Positions 1 to 9,614 of a DNA stretch of 64,000 nucleotides are shown piece by piece. The notes beneath the pieces are model-generated. The model had not been told where the DNA came from. It worked only from the letters and a program-made list of their open reading frames with translations, and did not search any database. Source of the stretch: Staphylococcus phage S6. The number at the start of each line of letters is the position of its first letter. Positions within the stretch are counted from its first letter, which is position 1. Position numbers and translations under genes: made by a program. The DNA lies in the sequence record LC680885.1; one strand, 5' to 3'.

Positions 1-570
1 TATCTTGTTGTAATTGAACAAGGCGACCTGTAAATTTACCATATTCTTTAACTTTAATAAAGACTGAATCTTTAACACGTTCAAATAAGTTTTTATGACC
101 TTCAGAAATAGCGATATCATAATTTTCTGAAGCATCTTTAGGGAAGTATAATTTAAGTTCATATTCTTCATTAACTTCTAAATCAGAAGTAGGTAAACTT
201 AAGATTTCAGATTTAATATCTTTAGCAGTATAAGTTTTAACTACAGACTTATCTGAAAGTTTGATTAAGTCAAATTTTAATAATCCTAATACATCACGAG
301 CATCTACAGGATTAATATAGAAAGGTACATTAATAAACTTACCAGTTTCTCCTTCAGATTTGAAGTAAACTGTTCTTCTATCATATTTAATTTTACCAGT
401 TTCAGGAAGAGGTTGAACATCAGTAACAGTCCAACCAGCTTGTTTTAAGCTAGCTAGATCATTACTAGAAAGAATAACGTTTTCACGAGGTCCACGTTCA
501 CCTAATCCTAAAAATGGAATTAATTTTTCATCTAATAATTTTACTTTAAAGTAGTTAGTAGTAGCCATTC
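1..570 (-). CDS. hypothetical protein, 5' portion only (start ATG at 568-570 on the minus strand; the gene runs past the window edge)
   Basis: Open frame on the minus strand from 570 down to 1. AGGA-type RBS (gaaaggaaag) upstream of the ATG. Translation starts MATTNYFKVKLLDEKLIPFLGLGERGP... Confidence 0.5.
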
Positions 571-591
571 TTAGAATTCACTTTCCTTTCT

Positions 592-1140
592 TTATTTTTC
601 TAATAGTAAATCAATTAAATCTTGTTTACGAGCATTTTTATTATACTCAATTTCTTTAGAATCTAATTCTTCTTTAAGCTCAGCTACAGTGAATTCATTT
701 AAATCTTCTTCTGTAACTTCGACTTCTTCAGAACCTTGTTCTTCTACTTTTTCTTCGTTAGTAGGAGCTTCTTCAGAACTTTGTTCTTCTTTAGTTTCTT
801 CTTTTACTTCGTCTGATACTTCGCTATCTGTTCCTTCATCCACTTGCTTCTCTTCGCTGCTGCTTTCATCATTGCTCTGTTCCTCTTGTGATTGCGTATC
901 ATTTGATTCAGAAACTGCTTCATTTTTATCTTCACTCTTATTTTCTTTTTTATTTGATTTATCGCTTGGATATACATAGTCTTCATCAACAATTGTTACT
1001 TGTAAACCTAAACGTCTAAATAAACGAATTTGTGAACCTGAAGCACGGAAAGGTTTAACAAAAGGACCTTTACCTTTACCAGGCACAAATGCTTTTTCAT
1101 TAATAATAATGAAATTATTATCTTCATTGAAATTTAACAT
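592..1140 (-). CDS. acidic Ser/Glu-rich protein with N-terminal PGKGxGP..KP module
   Basis: 182-aa ORF. N-terminus FIIINEKAFVPGKGKGPFVKPF resembles the N-terminus of the 779-aa tail-fibre-like protein at 3195-5534. The rest is a low-complexity acidic S/E/K-rich region. Confidence 0.55.
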   Translation of the reverse strand: MLNFNEDNNFIIINEKAFVPGKGKGPFVKPFRASGSQIRLFRRLGLQVTIVDEDYVYPSDKSNKKENKSEDKNEAVSESNDTQSQEEQSNDESSSEEKQVDEGTDSEVSDEVKEETKEEQSSEEAPTNEEKVEEQGSEEVEVTEEDLNEFTVAELKEELDSKEIEYNKNARKQDLIDLLLEK

Positions 1141-1212
1141 AAATTAGTAATCTCCTTTACCATATTTTATTTTATAAATAAAAGTTAAGGAAGGATCTTA
1201 TAAAAATCCTTC

Positions 1213-1500
1213 TTAACTAAATGTTCCCCATGCGTTACCAATACGTTGTCCTTTACCATTTGATTTACCAATTGGCACGTATACATATTGTCCTTTAAAT
1301 TTACCTGAAACCCAGATAAGACCATCAAAGTCTTGGATTTCTTCGTATTTAATAGAGTCGCCTTTTTTCATGAATGGACCTGTAGGCCATCCAGTCCATG
1401 GACCATTTTTACGAGTAATAATTCCTGAAGCAACATTACATTTGAAAGTAGCTTTTTCAGTTTTCCATAGAATACCTGCTGAATTACGTTTCCATTTAGC
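1213..1500 (-). repeat. SH3b-encoding segment, copy 1 (about 85% nt identity to 2176-2465)
   Basis: Direct nucleotide comparison of the 3' ends of the two lysin genes. Confidence 0.8.
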
Positions 1501-2010
1501 AGATGTAACAGCTTTCTTAGGAGCTGCTTTCTTAACTACTTTTTTCTTAGGAGCTGCTTTCTTAGTAGTTGCTTTTTTAGTAGCTGTACTACTAAAGGCT
1601 GGACGAATTACTCCCCAAAATCCTGTATAATCATGGAATACTTTAGCTGCAGGTGAACCATTGCTACCTGCGTTAAACCAGTTCTGGTCAATTGAATAGA
1701 AATTGTTTAAGTTAGCTGAAGTGATAATACCTGTATGACCATAAACATCATATGGAGGATTAGCCCAAATAGCTATATCTCCTGGTTGAGGTAAGAATGA
1801 TGGAGTATTTTTAATAAGTTTCCATCCTGAAGGCATTGTATTACTTTTAAGATCTTTAGCGTTACCCCAAGGCCAGAATTTTCCATCAGTTAAATAATTA
1901 CAATAACCGATAGTCAAATCCATACATTGAGCTCCATAAGCTCCATCCATGTCAAGTCTACGACCAATACGATTATTAACCCAATTCAAAGCTTGAGTTT
2001 TAGTTTTCAT
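1213..2010 (-). CDS. endolysin, CHAP-domain peptidase with C-terminal SH3b (SH3_5) cell-wall-binding domain
   Basis: N-terminal CHAP signature (conserved Cys in GAQCMDL..., His in YGHTGII). Lys/Ala/Thr-rich linker. C-terminal about 95 aa nearly identical to the C-terminus of the neighbouring amidase (WKRNSAGILWKTEKATFKC...GKFKGQYVYVP...), typical of staphylococcal SH3b. Confidence 0.85.
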   Translation of the reverse strand: MKTKTQALNWVNNRIGRRLDMDGAYGAQCMDLTIGYCNYLTDGKFWPWGNAKDLKSNTMPSGWKLIKNTPSFLPQPGDIAIWANPPYDVYGHTGIITSANLNNFYSIDQNWFNAGSNGSPAAKVFHDYTGFWGVIRPAFSSTATKKATTKKAAPKKKVVKKAAPKKAVTSAKWKRNSAGILWKTEKATFKCNVASGIITRKNGPWTGWPTGPFMKKGDSIKYEEIQDFDGLIWVSGKFKGQYVYVPIGKSNGKGQRIGNAWGTFS

Positions 2011-2107
2011 ATTTTATTCAAACCCTTTCGATAAATTTTCTTTATTTCTTTATATTTAGTTGTTCTTTTATAAAAATAATATGTTTCATAATAGTATAAA
2101 AATAAAT

Positions 2108-2140
2108 ACCCTAACGAATCTTTAATATGATCGTTAGGGT
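2108..2140 (-). terminator. rho-independent terminator hairpin ACCCTAACGA/TCGTTAGGGT
   Basis: 10-bp perfect inverted repeat flanked by A/T runs, immediately downstream (minus-strand sense) of the amidase gene. Confidence 0.6.
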
Positions 2141-2175
2141 ATATAAAATTATAATTTAAATTATAGAATCATTTA

Positions 2176-2465
2176 TTAGCTAAATGTTCCCCATGCTGGA
2201 CCAATACGTTTACCGTTACCATTTGATTTACCTACTGGTACGTATACATATTGTCCCTTAAATTTACCTGAAACCCAAATATATCCGTTAAAATCTTGGA
2301 TTTCATCATATTTAATAGTATCACCTTTAGACATACGAGGACCTTGAGGCCATCCAGTCCATGGACCATTTTTACGAGTAATAATTCCTACAGATACACC
2401 ACATTTGAAAGTAGCTTTTTCAGTTTTCCATAGAATACCTGCTGAATTACGTTTCCAAGTAGTTG
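2176..2465 (-). repeat. SH3b-encoding segment, copy 2
   Basis: Direct nucleotide comparison with 1213-1500. Confidence 0.8.
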
Positions 2466-3126
2466 AAGTTTCAGTACTTGTTTTCTTAGGTTTAGCAGGT
2501 GCTTTAGTTTTAGTAGTAGATTTAGTTGCTGTTGAAGTTTTAGCTGTAGAAGTAGCACCATTTTTCATATAAGCTAGAACCTTTTTATCTACATTAGAAA
2601 CACTACGAGACATACCGCATGCAGCTAATAAGTTACCTGGATCTTGTTTGTCTGCTTGGATATCTTGATGCCCTGGCATATTTGTACTTGCATTAATTTT
2701 ATATTCTTTACATAAGAAAGCAAGAACACGACAATAGTTATCAAATGATTTTAATGAACGACTTCTATTAGAGAAGTAACATCCTTCAACACCAATAGCA
2801 CCATCATTAGCATCAATACCATACCAAGAATTATCAGTAGGTGTATTGTACATAACATGCCATGCTTTTTCATCTAAAGGAACACAGATAATACATTCTT
2901 TATCATCAACAAAGATATGAGCTGACGCTGTATAGTTCCAATCAATATTATATGTGTTACGGTAATAATCAACATTATTTTGAGCTGTTGTATTAGGGTT
3001 TCCTGTGTCATGAGCAACAATAAATTTAGGTCCGTTAAGCTTGTCTCCAGCTCTACGAGTACCTATTGGTAAAAAATCAGTATAAACAGGAACACCGTTC
3101 CATGTACCGATATGTTTTTTAGCCAT
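2176..3126 (-). CDS. endolysin, N-acetylmuramoyl-L-alanine amidase (Amidase_2/PGRP type) with C-terminal SH3b domain
   Basis: Amidase_2-like N-terminal domain (FIVAHDTGNPNTTAQNNVDYY...HIFVDD...). Thr/Lys-rich linker. C-terminal SH3b paralogous to that of 1213-2010. Confidence 0.85.
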   Translation of the reverse strand: MAKKHIGTWNGVPVYTDFLPIGTRRAGDKLNGPKFIVAHDTGNPNTTAQNNVDYYRNTYNIDWNYTASAHIFVDDKECIICVPLDEKAWHVMYNTPTDNSWYGIDANDGAIGVEGCYFSNRSRSLKSFDNYCRVLAFLCKEYKINASTNMPGHQDIQADKQDPGNLLAACGMSRSVSNVDKKVLAYMKNGATSTAKTSTATKSTTKTKAPAKPKKTSTETSTTWKRNSAGILWKTEKATFKCGVSVGIITRKNGPWTGWPQGPRMSKGDTIKYDEIQDFNGYIWVSGKFKGQYVYVPVGKSNGNGKRIGPAWGTFS

Positions 3127-3194
3127 AAAAAATTTCCTCCTTGATATTTATATTACTAATTAAAGTAATTTCTATATTTAAGTGTTCTATATTT

Positions 3195-5534
3195 TTAATA
3201 CTTGATTTCTGTAGATACGATTAATTTATTTTGGTATCTTCCACCTCTAGTGTAAACTTTACTATCAGTGTCACCTACATTAATACTATTTTCAGATCCA
3301 TAACCTATACATTCATCTAAGAATAAATTACTACCTGATGAAGCTTGGAAGTCTTTTCCTTGATAACTTTCAAATGCAATACAACCTAAATTCCATGATT
3401 GCGTGTCTGCATTTACATCAGCTACATTACCTCCATCATTTCTTCCATATATACCATTTATTCTAATGATTTTTAATCCATCATGAGTAGTTGATCCGTT
3501 ATTTGATTTAACACCATTCAATCCTTTATCGGTTCCATTATCCATACCTATACAATTAATTTCTATTATATTAGGTTTAGAACCATCGGCTCCAATATGA
3601 TAATTTAAACCATCAAAACTATTATAATTACCTTTACAGCTATCAAGAATAATATCTTTACCACCAACAATAGCAAGACCATTGTAACTTGAAGCGGAAT
3701 GATAAAAATTACATTTCTTAAAGAATGCACTGTTATTTGAAGTTAAATTCAATTCAACACAGTTTCTTCCACCATATATATTTAAATTTTCAAAATATAT
3801 ATTTGAAGCTAGACTTGTTAACTGTATATTTGAAGAAGATATTAAAGGTATTACATTACTATTTGAAGGTTTATTATCATTAATATTTGAATAAACTTTA
3901 GTGCCATCAGTAAACCATGAATTAGGCGTGTTTTCAACTTCATCAATACTATTTACTTTCTTTATATCAATACTATTATCTAGAGTTACAACTTTATCGG
4001 TAGAAGATCTACTAAATTCATAAGTTCTATTTTTATCAGAAGTTAGTGTCCATGAAGGTTCATCAGCCATAATAATATTCACATTATTACCTGTACCTAT
4101 TATATTAATGCTTTTATTAAAGGCTTTTGTAATTAATGCACCACCAATTCTAAAATAATTGCCATCAGCAACCATAATTGTATCATTATCATTGACTTTA
4201 GGTATTACTACTTTAAAAGATTTAAATGGGGTTTCTTTAGATAAACCATCATTAGAATCATTACCATTAACAGCATCTAAGTAGTAAGTAGTTCCTCCTG
4301 ATAATCTATTAGTAGTTATATCATATTTCACTCCAAAAGTACCTTTTCCATCAGTAACAATTCTATTTTTTAATATTTCATTACCATAATTGAAATCATT
4401 AGGTTTTCTAACTGTTATTGGAAGAGTAGGTGCATAATTACCATCAAGACCGGGTAAACCTTGTAGACCTTGAGTTCCAATCTTACCTGTATCACCTTTT
4501 AACCCATTTAATTGTTCTTCAGTAAAATCAGAGTACTCGAAAGGATCTCCTTTTTCACCTTTTAATAGATCTAATTGTTCTTGAGTGAAATCGGAATATT
4601 CAAAAGGGTCACCTTTTTCACCTTTTAACTCAGATAACTGTTCTTCAGTAAAATCAGAGTACTCGAAAGGATCTCCTTTTAATCCATTTAACTGCTCTTC
4701 AGTAAAATCAGAGTATTTGAAGGGGTCGCCTTTAGGACCTTGTATACCTGGATCACCTTCATACATTTCGGCATTTTCTATCATATAATTCTTAAGATTT
4801 TCTTTATAATCTAATAAATTATTTTCAAAATCATCTATTTTATTATTAAATGAATCTTGTGAAGTTTTTAATTCTTCAGATTTATCTTTTATAAGATTTA
4901 ATTTTTCTTCAACCTTAATTACATCATTTTCCATGTTCTTAACATAATTTGTAGTCTCACTAAGTTTTTCCATTTCATCATTAAGACTCATTGTATTGTT
5001 ATAATTACTATTGAATTGTTCTCTTACAGTTTCAAAATCAGTTAAAGTATCTTTCATACTACTTAATTTATTATTCATATCTTCTATTGTTGAAATTACA
5101 TCTTCTTTTTCAGATTGGAGGTCTAATTTTTTATCTTCAATACTATATTTAAAACTATCTAGCTCACTCAAATATGAATTAAGATTATCATCATCAATTA
5201 AATTTTCTTTAATTAAGTTAAGTTTTTCTTCCGCTTTTCCATTAATATTATCTATATCATTAGATATTATTTTTATCTGTTTAAAAGCTTCATTTACTTG
5301 AAGATACTTTTGTTTTATAAAATCTTCAATAGAGAAATAATCAGCTACGTCATATTCTCCATCTGAATTTAGATCAACATATTCATTTTTATTTACCTTT
5401 ACATATTGAATATTCATTAAATCATAATAATCTAATGTATTTCTATCAACATAATAAGGTTTATTTATAGGTCCCATACCTTTACCCGGAATATAAGTTT
5501 TTTGAGGAACTATAATTAGTACACTATCTTCCAT
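3195..5534 (-). CDS. tail fibre / receptor-binding protein with coiled-coil, collagen-like repeat region and C-terminal beta-helix (pectate-lyase-like, possible depolymerase)
   Basis: 779 aa. N-terminal PGKGMGP..KP module. Long coiled-coil-like N/K/E-rich stretch. Five tandem copies of KGDPFEYSDFTEEQLxxL followed by a GxY triplet run (KGDTGKIGTQGLQGLPGLDG). C-terminal Asn/Gly/Ser-rich part with repetitive beta-helix-like pattern (NIYGGRNCVELNLTSNNSAFFKKCNFYHS...). Confidence 0.6.
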   Translation of the reverse strand: MEDSVLIIVPQKTYIPGKGMGPINKPYYVDRNTLDYYDLMNIQYVKVNKNEYVDLNSDGEYDVADYFSIEDFIKQKYLQVNEAFKQIKIISNDIDNINGKAEEKLNLIKENLIDDDNLNSYLSELDSFKYSIEDKKLDLQSEKEDVISTIEDMNNKLSSMKDTLTDFETVREQFNSNYNNTMSLNDEMEKLSETTNYVKNMENDVIKVEEKLNLIKDKSEELKTSQDSFNNKIDDFENNLLDYKENLKNYMIENAEMYEGDPGIQGPKGDPFKYSDFTEEQLNGLKGDPFEYSDFTEEQLSELKGEKGDPFEYSDFTQEQLDLLKGEKGDPFEYSDFTEEQLNGLKGDTGKIGTQGLQGLPGLDGNYAPTLPITVRKPNDFNYGNEILKNRIVTDGKGTFGVKYDITTNRLSGGTTYYLDAVNGNDSNDGLSKETPFKSFKVVIPKVNDNDTIMVADGNYFRIGGALITKAFNKSINIIGTGNNVNIIMADEPSWTLTSDKNRTYEFSRSSTDKVVTLDNSIDIKKVNSIDEVENTPNSWFTDGTKVYSNINDNKPSNSNVIPLISSSNIQLTSLASNIYFENLNIYGGRNCVELNLTSNNSAFFKKCNFYHSASSYNGLAIVGGKDIILDSCKGNYNSFDGLNYHIGADGSKPNIIEINCIGMDNGTDKGLNGVKSNNGSTTHDGLKIIRINGIYGRNDGGNVADVNADTQSWNLGCIAFESYQGKDFQASSGSNLFLDECIGYGSENSINVGDTDSKVYTRGGRYQNKLIVSTEIKY
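4495..4745 (-). repeat. tandem repeat with 51-bp period, about 5 copies, inside the tail fibre gene
   Basis: Repeated ...ttcagtaaaatcagagtactcgaaaggatctcctttt... units visible in the nucleotide sequence. They encode the KGDPFEYSDFTEEQL repeats. Confidence 0.85.
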
Positions 5535-5713
5535 ACTATATTTCCACTCCTTTAAATTTGATCTGTAAAATCCCCCTAATATATTTTTAAATCGATGATT
5601 ATTCTATTCTTATAATTATTGGCTCATCGTTTAAAGTTATATATTAGGGGAACTAATTTTAGTCGAAAAAACTAACGAAAATTAATTTTTATTATATAAT
5701 AATGTTATAAATT

Positions 5714-7639
5714 TTAACCATTAATAATTTTAAAAATATTTTCGTTTAATAAATCTCTTTCTAATCTACTTTCTTCAGAAAGTTTTTCCATCAATTCTTC
5801 TTCTGTATATTCATCAAAAGATACAGAATTATATCCATTAATAGAAATAGAAGATTCATTAACTTGAATTGATTTATTTACATTTAGATCATTAATGCTT
5901 TCTTCTAAGAATTTTTTAAGGCGTGTTTCATCTCTATTAGGTACATTTTCATAGGCTTCAAACACTATATCTTCATAGTATTCTTCTAATGATTCTTCAA
6001 AACCTTCATAAAGTGAATCATCTTTATTTTTTAATTGGAAATTAATATCTTCTTCTAGCAATTCTAAATTAACTTCTTCAGATAATCTTTCTTTAACATC
6101 TTCGTTAACTTCATCTAAAGGATTAAGATAATTTTCTAATAAACCTGATTCTGATTCATTATTAACACGTTGAATTGTATTCATATTGAATTCTTTTTCT
6201 AAGTTTTCTAAAGTTATTTCATTATCTGTATAGAATTCTTTAAGAACTTTATTTACTTTAGGTTCAACTACAATAACTTTCTTAAATCCTAAACCGAAAT
6301 CAACTTTATCAACTAATAATGAAGAAGGATTATATACTTTAGGAACTTCATCCATATAAGATTCTTTACTAATAACGATATCAACACGTTTACCTAAAGA
6401 TTCAGATAAAGCATTTGTATATCTAATTAAGTCTTTAATTGTGTAAGTTTCATTAACTTCTTCTTCATTAATAACTTTAGTTTTAAATTCAATATCAGTA
6501 GATCCACAATTTTCACATACTAATTCATCTTCATTAACGTTAGGATCAACTGTTTCTTGAACTCCACATTCGTTACAAATTACTTCTCCAACTTCTTTAG
6601 AACCTTTTAAGGCTTCTTCAAGTTCTTCATTACAATTCTCACATACTAATTCATTTGATTCATTCATTGTTAGATTGCTTCCACAATTTTCACAAACAGC
6701 TTTTCCATTTTCAATTTTACCAGTTTCACTTAAAATACGTCTAACAGTTTCAATTGATTCATTAGTAACAAAAATCTGTTTTTCATTTTCGTTCTCTAAT
6801 TTAAATGTATTTAATAGAGTTTCATGAATTTTCTCTGCATGATTTTTAAAAGATTTAACTACAGCAAAATCAGAATCTTCTCTCATATATACATATGGGA
6901 AAGCTTGATTGTTTTTATCATCAACATAATTTTCATTAGCAATTATATTTTGTTTTTCAGTATTAACTTCTTTAGATTCTGGAGTACCAATAGCATATCC
7001 TACTTCAGCAGGAGTGTCTAATATTCCATTTTTTAAATCTACAAAAGTAAATTCAGGTGCTGGATCTTTATCGTATAAATAAGTTTCAGTAACTGCTCCT
7101 CCAACACTTGGAGAACCATTTGCAGCAGACAAACCTCCATCACTAACAGAACTTGCATTGGTATTTGCATTAGAAGTACTTACTGAATAAGTCGCATGTG
7201 GACCAAAAGTAGTAGGAACCATCATTTGAGAATCTAAGAATTTAGCTCTTAATTCAGAATATCCTGGTTGTTTCTTATCTTCATCATCGTCTTCTTTTTC
7301 ATCTTCGAATAAATAATCTTCTTCAACAGAAATTTCAGGATCTGAATTAGCTACATCAGTAATGATAACTTCATCTTTATCAGCCACGATTGGTTGATCG
7401 TAATCAGGATGATCCGAATCAATTACTTGAACATCGTCTTCATCTTCAGCATCTTCAATTTCATCAAGATCATCAGATTCCTCATCATCAATTTCTTCTT
7501 CATCTTCATTAATTATTTCGTTAAACATTTCTTCTAATTCTTCATCATCTTCAGGAATATCACGTTTTAATTCTTCATTTTCATCATCATTTAAATCATC
7601 TTCAAATAATAACATATCATTTTTATTTTCTTCAGACAT
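5714..7639 (-). CDS. highly acidic protein with two C4 zinc-ribbon motifs
   Basis: 641 aa. N-terminal about 120 aa almost entirely D/E. CENCGSNLTMNESNELVCENCN and CNECGVQ...VCENCG motifs. Confidence 0.6.
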   Translation of the reverse strand: MSEENKNDMLLFEDDLNDDENEELKRDIPEDDEELEEMFNEIINEDEEEIDDEESDDLDEIEDAEDEDDVQVIDSDHPDYDQPIVADKDEVIITDVANSDPEISVEEDYLFEDEKEDDDEDKKQPGYSELRAKFLDSQMMVPTTFGPHATYSVSTSNANTNASSVSDGGLSAANGSPSVGGAVTETYLYDKDPAPEFTFVDLKNGILDTPAEVGYAIGTPESKEVNTEKQNIIANENYVDDKNNQAFPYVYMREDSDFAVVKSFKNHAEKIHETLLNTFKLENENEKQIFVTNESIETVRRILSETGKIENGKAVCENCGSNLTMNESNELVCENCNEELEEALKGSKEVGEVICNECGVQETVDPNVNEDELVCENCGSTDIEFKTKVINEEEVNETYTIKDLIRYTNALSESLGKRVDIVISKESYMDEVPKVYNPSSLLVDKVDFGLGFKKVIVVEPKVNKVLKEFYTDNEITLENLEKEFNMNTIQRVNNESESGLLENYLNPLDEVNEDVKERLSEEVNLELLEEDINFQLKNKDDSLYEGFEESLEEYYEDIVFEAYENVPNRDETRLKKFLEESINDLNVNKSIQVNESSISINGYNSVSFDEYTEEELMEKLSEESRLERDLLNENIFKIING

Positions 7640-7659
7640 TTTTAAATATCCTCCTTAAA

Positions 7660-8928
7660 TTATTTTCTAAAAGTTCCTTCAATACTATCTTTAATAATAA
7701 ATAATATACACGGAAGTAATACATAATCTTCCATATTCATATCATATTTATCATCATAGTAATTAAACACTTTACTTAATATTTTTTCTTCTATCTTTTC
7801 ATCATTCATATACATTGAGATTAATTTATATCTATCATCAAAGTAAGTTAAACTTTTAGTGCCTTGATAGTCTTCATTAACTTCATTAATCTTAGTTAAA
7901 TTACTCAATTCTATAAAATCGTTTAATCCATCTAATACTTCAGTGTCTTCTATACTTTTATGAACGAAGCTTATTTCTTTATACTTCTCTCTAAACATTT
8001 TTAAGAAATTATCCTTAGTGTCATTAAGAGTAATAACATTAGGTAAAGTCTTTTTATCCTTTAATTTTTCATATAGAGAGAATTTATAATTCTTTTGATT
8101 TATTCTTTCATTCTTAGGATTTTTATCTTTATAAGGTAATATATTAGAAAGATAAGTACTAGATTTTACTAATAGATTATTGTCATAAATAAATCTGGAT
8201 AAATTCAAATCAATATATTTAGTTGATGCGACTGCACTAAATTCATCTTCATAGTAAATAAAAGTATTTAATGAAGAATTATAGAAATGATCAATAAATA
8301 TTTGTGAAAATTCATCAGCGTATTTAATGCTATGATTGACTTGATAGAAATCTTCTTCTAGTATCAATGATTTATTATCTGTTCCAATATTGGAAAATAC
8401 TGTTCTATATACGTTTGATACCTGATTTTCAATATCTTCTGTATTAACATTAAAATTCTGATATTGTATTTTATAGTAAGCGGAATTCTCTAATGAACTC
8501 ATTTCTACATTAGTTACACGATATATTCTACTAGTTGCATTTTCTTTAGACTGATATTGAAATACAATAAAATCATCTGGTAAAGGTTCAATAGTACCTG
8601 GCAATATAACTGCTTCAGATTCTAAATCTTTTTCAGTTCCCCATTCCTCATCCCATTCAATTGTAGGATTCATTTCAGCTACGTTATACAAAGGGAAGTC
8701 TTTTAATTTATTATATTTCAAAGGAGAATTATCTCCAATAATTTCTTCAACATTATCTAGTGAACGATCAGAGGTAGATTTCTCATGATCTTTACTATAG
8801 TATGTAACAAAACTAGGAGCACCTGCTTGAAACTTACTATATTTTTCTGTACCGGATAAATATGAGGATACGTAACTATTTACAATATCTTTTGGTTGTA
8901 ATTCATCATTTGATATAAATGTACCCAT
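7660..8928 (-). CDS. hypothetical protein
   Basis: 422-aa ORF lying 20 nt downstream of the 641-aa ORF on the same strand. Confidence 0.55.
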   Translation of the reverse strand: MGTFISNDELQPKDIVNSYVSSYLSGTEKYSKFQAGAPSFVTYYSKDHEKSTSDRSLDNVEEIIGDNSPLKYNKLKDFPLYNVAEMNPTIEWDEEWGTEKDLESEAVILPGTIEPLPDDFIVFQYQSKENATSRIYRVTNVEMSSLENSAYYKIQYQNFNVNTEDIENQVSNVYRTVFSNIGTDNKSLILEEDFYQVNHSIKYADEFSQIFIDHFYNSSLNTFIYYEDEFSAVASTKYIDLNLSRFIYDNNLLVKSSTYLSNILPYKDKNPKNERINQKNYKFSLYEKLKDKKTLPNVITLNDTKDNFLKMFREKYKEISFVHKSIEDTEVLDGLNDFIELSNLTKINEVNEDYQGTKSLTYFDDRYKLISMYMNDEKIEEKILSKVFNYYDDKYDMNMEDYVLLPCILFIIKDSIEGTFRK

Positions 8929-9007
8929 ATATTCTCATTATCCTCACTTTCTTTATTAAATTTCGTATATGGTATTGTTATCTTTGAATTTTGTTTTAAT
9001 ATAATAA

Positions 9008-9044
9008 TCCCAATACCTTAATATTATATTAATAGGTATTGGGA
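9008..9044 (-). terminator. terminator hairpin TCCCAATACCT/AGGTATTGGGA (CCCAATACCT family)
   Basis: 11-bp perfect inverted repeat with AT-rich flanks. The same stem sequence recurs at 38978 and 60793. Confidence 0.55.
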
Positions 9045-9063
9045 TAAAATATTTTATAAAAAA

Positions 9064-9573
9064 TTAAAGACCAAATTCTTTATCTAAAGATTCTTCTAAA
9101 GAACTAATATCTTCATTAGTTTGTTCTTCTTCTTTAACAGCTTCAAATAAGCTAAATAAAGCTTCTTCAACAGGACTTACAACTGAATCAATTTTATTTT
9201 CCATAGCTTCATTTAATTTAGTAGGTAATTTTTTGAATAGAGCAATGTATTTCTTTTCATTATTTCTAGCCCAAGCTTCTGCTTTTTTAGGACTTTGGAA
9301 AGCACATACTCGAATAAAACGATTTAAAATAGATGTTTTACCTTTAGCATCAATTACTCTGTAAGTAAATATAACTGTTCCATCTTCATGAGCATCTAAA
9401 GCAAATTCATTTTCATCAAATTTTTTACCTTTAGCGATAACTTTAGCTTTCTTTTTAGTAGCACGTGCTATGAATTTTTCCTCTGTATCTTTATCAGAAG
9501 GGTTTACCATTTTTCTTAATGTATCCTTCACATTAGCTTCATTTAATAATGTTTCTTGTAAAAAATCTTCCAT
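9064..9573 (-). CDS. hypothetical protein, paralog of the C-terminal domain of the 342-aa protein upstream
   Basis: 169 aa. Ends in SLEESLDKEFGL. Shares ...WARNNEKKYIALFKKLP... with ...WVQSNGNKFVSIFKKAP... of ORF 9615-10643. Confidence 0.55.
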   Translation of the reverse strand: MEDFLQETLLNEANVKDTLRKMVNPSDKDTEEKFIARATKKKAKVIAKGKKFDENEFALDAHEDGTVIFTYRVIDAKGKTSILNRFIRVCAFQSPKKAEAWARNNEKKYIALFKKLPTKLNEAMENKIDSVVSPVEEALFSLFEAVKEEEQTNEDISSLEESLDKEFGL

Positions 9574-9614
9574 AATTATAATTCCTACTTTCGTAATTTA
9601 TTTTTCTATATAAT

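Noticed and set aside
592-1140. The 182-aa ORF next to the lysins considered as the holin.
   Set aside because: It has no hydrophobic transmembrane segment. It is strongly acidic and shares its N-terminal module with the tail-fibre-like protein.
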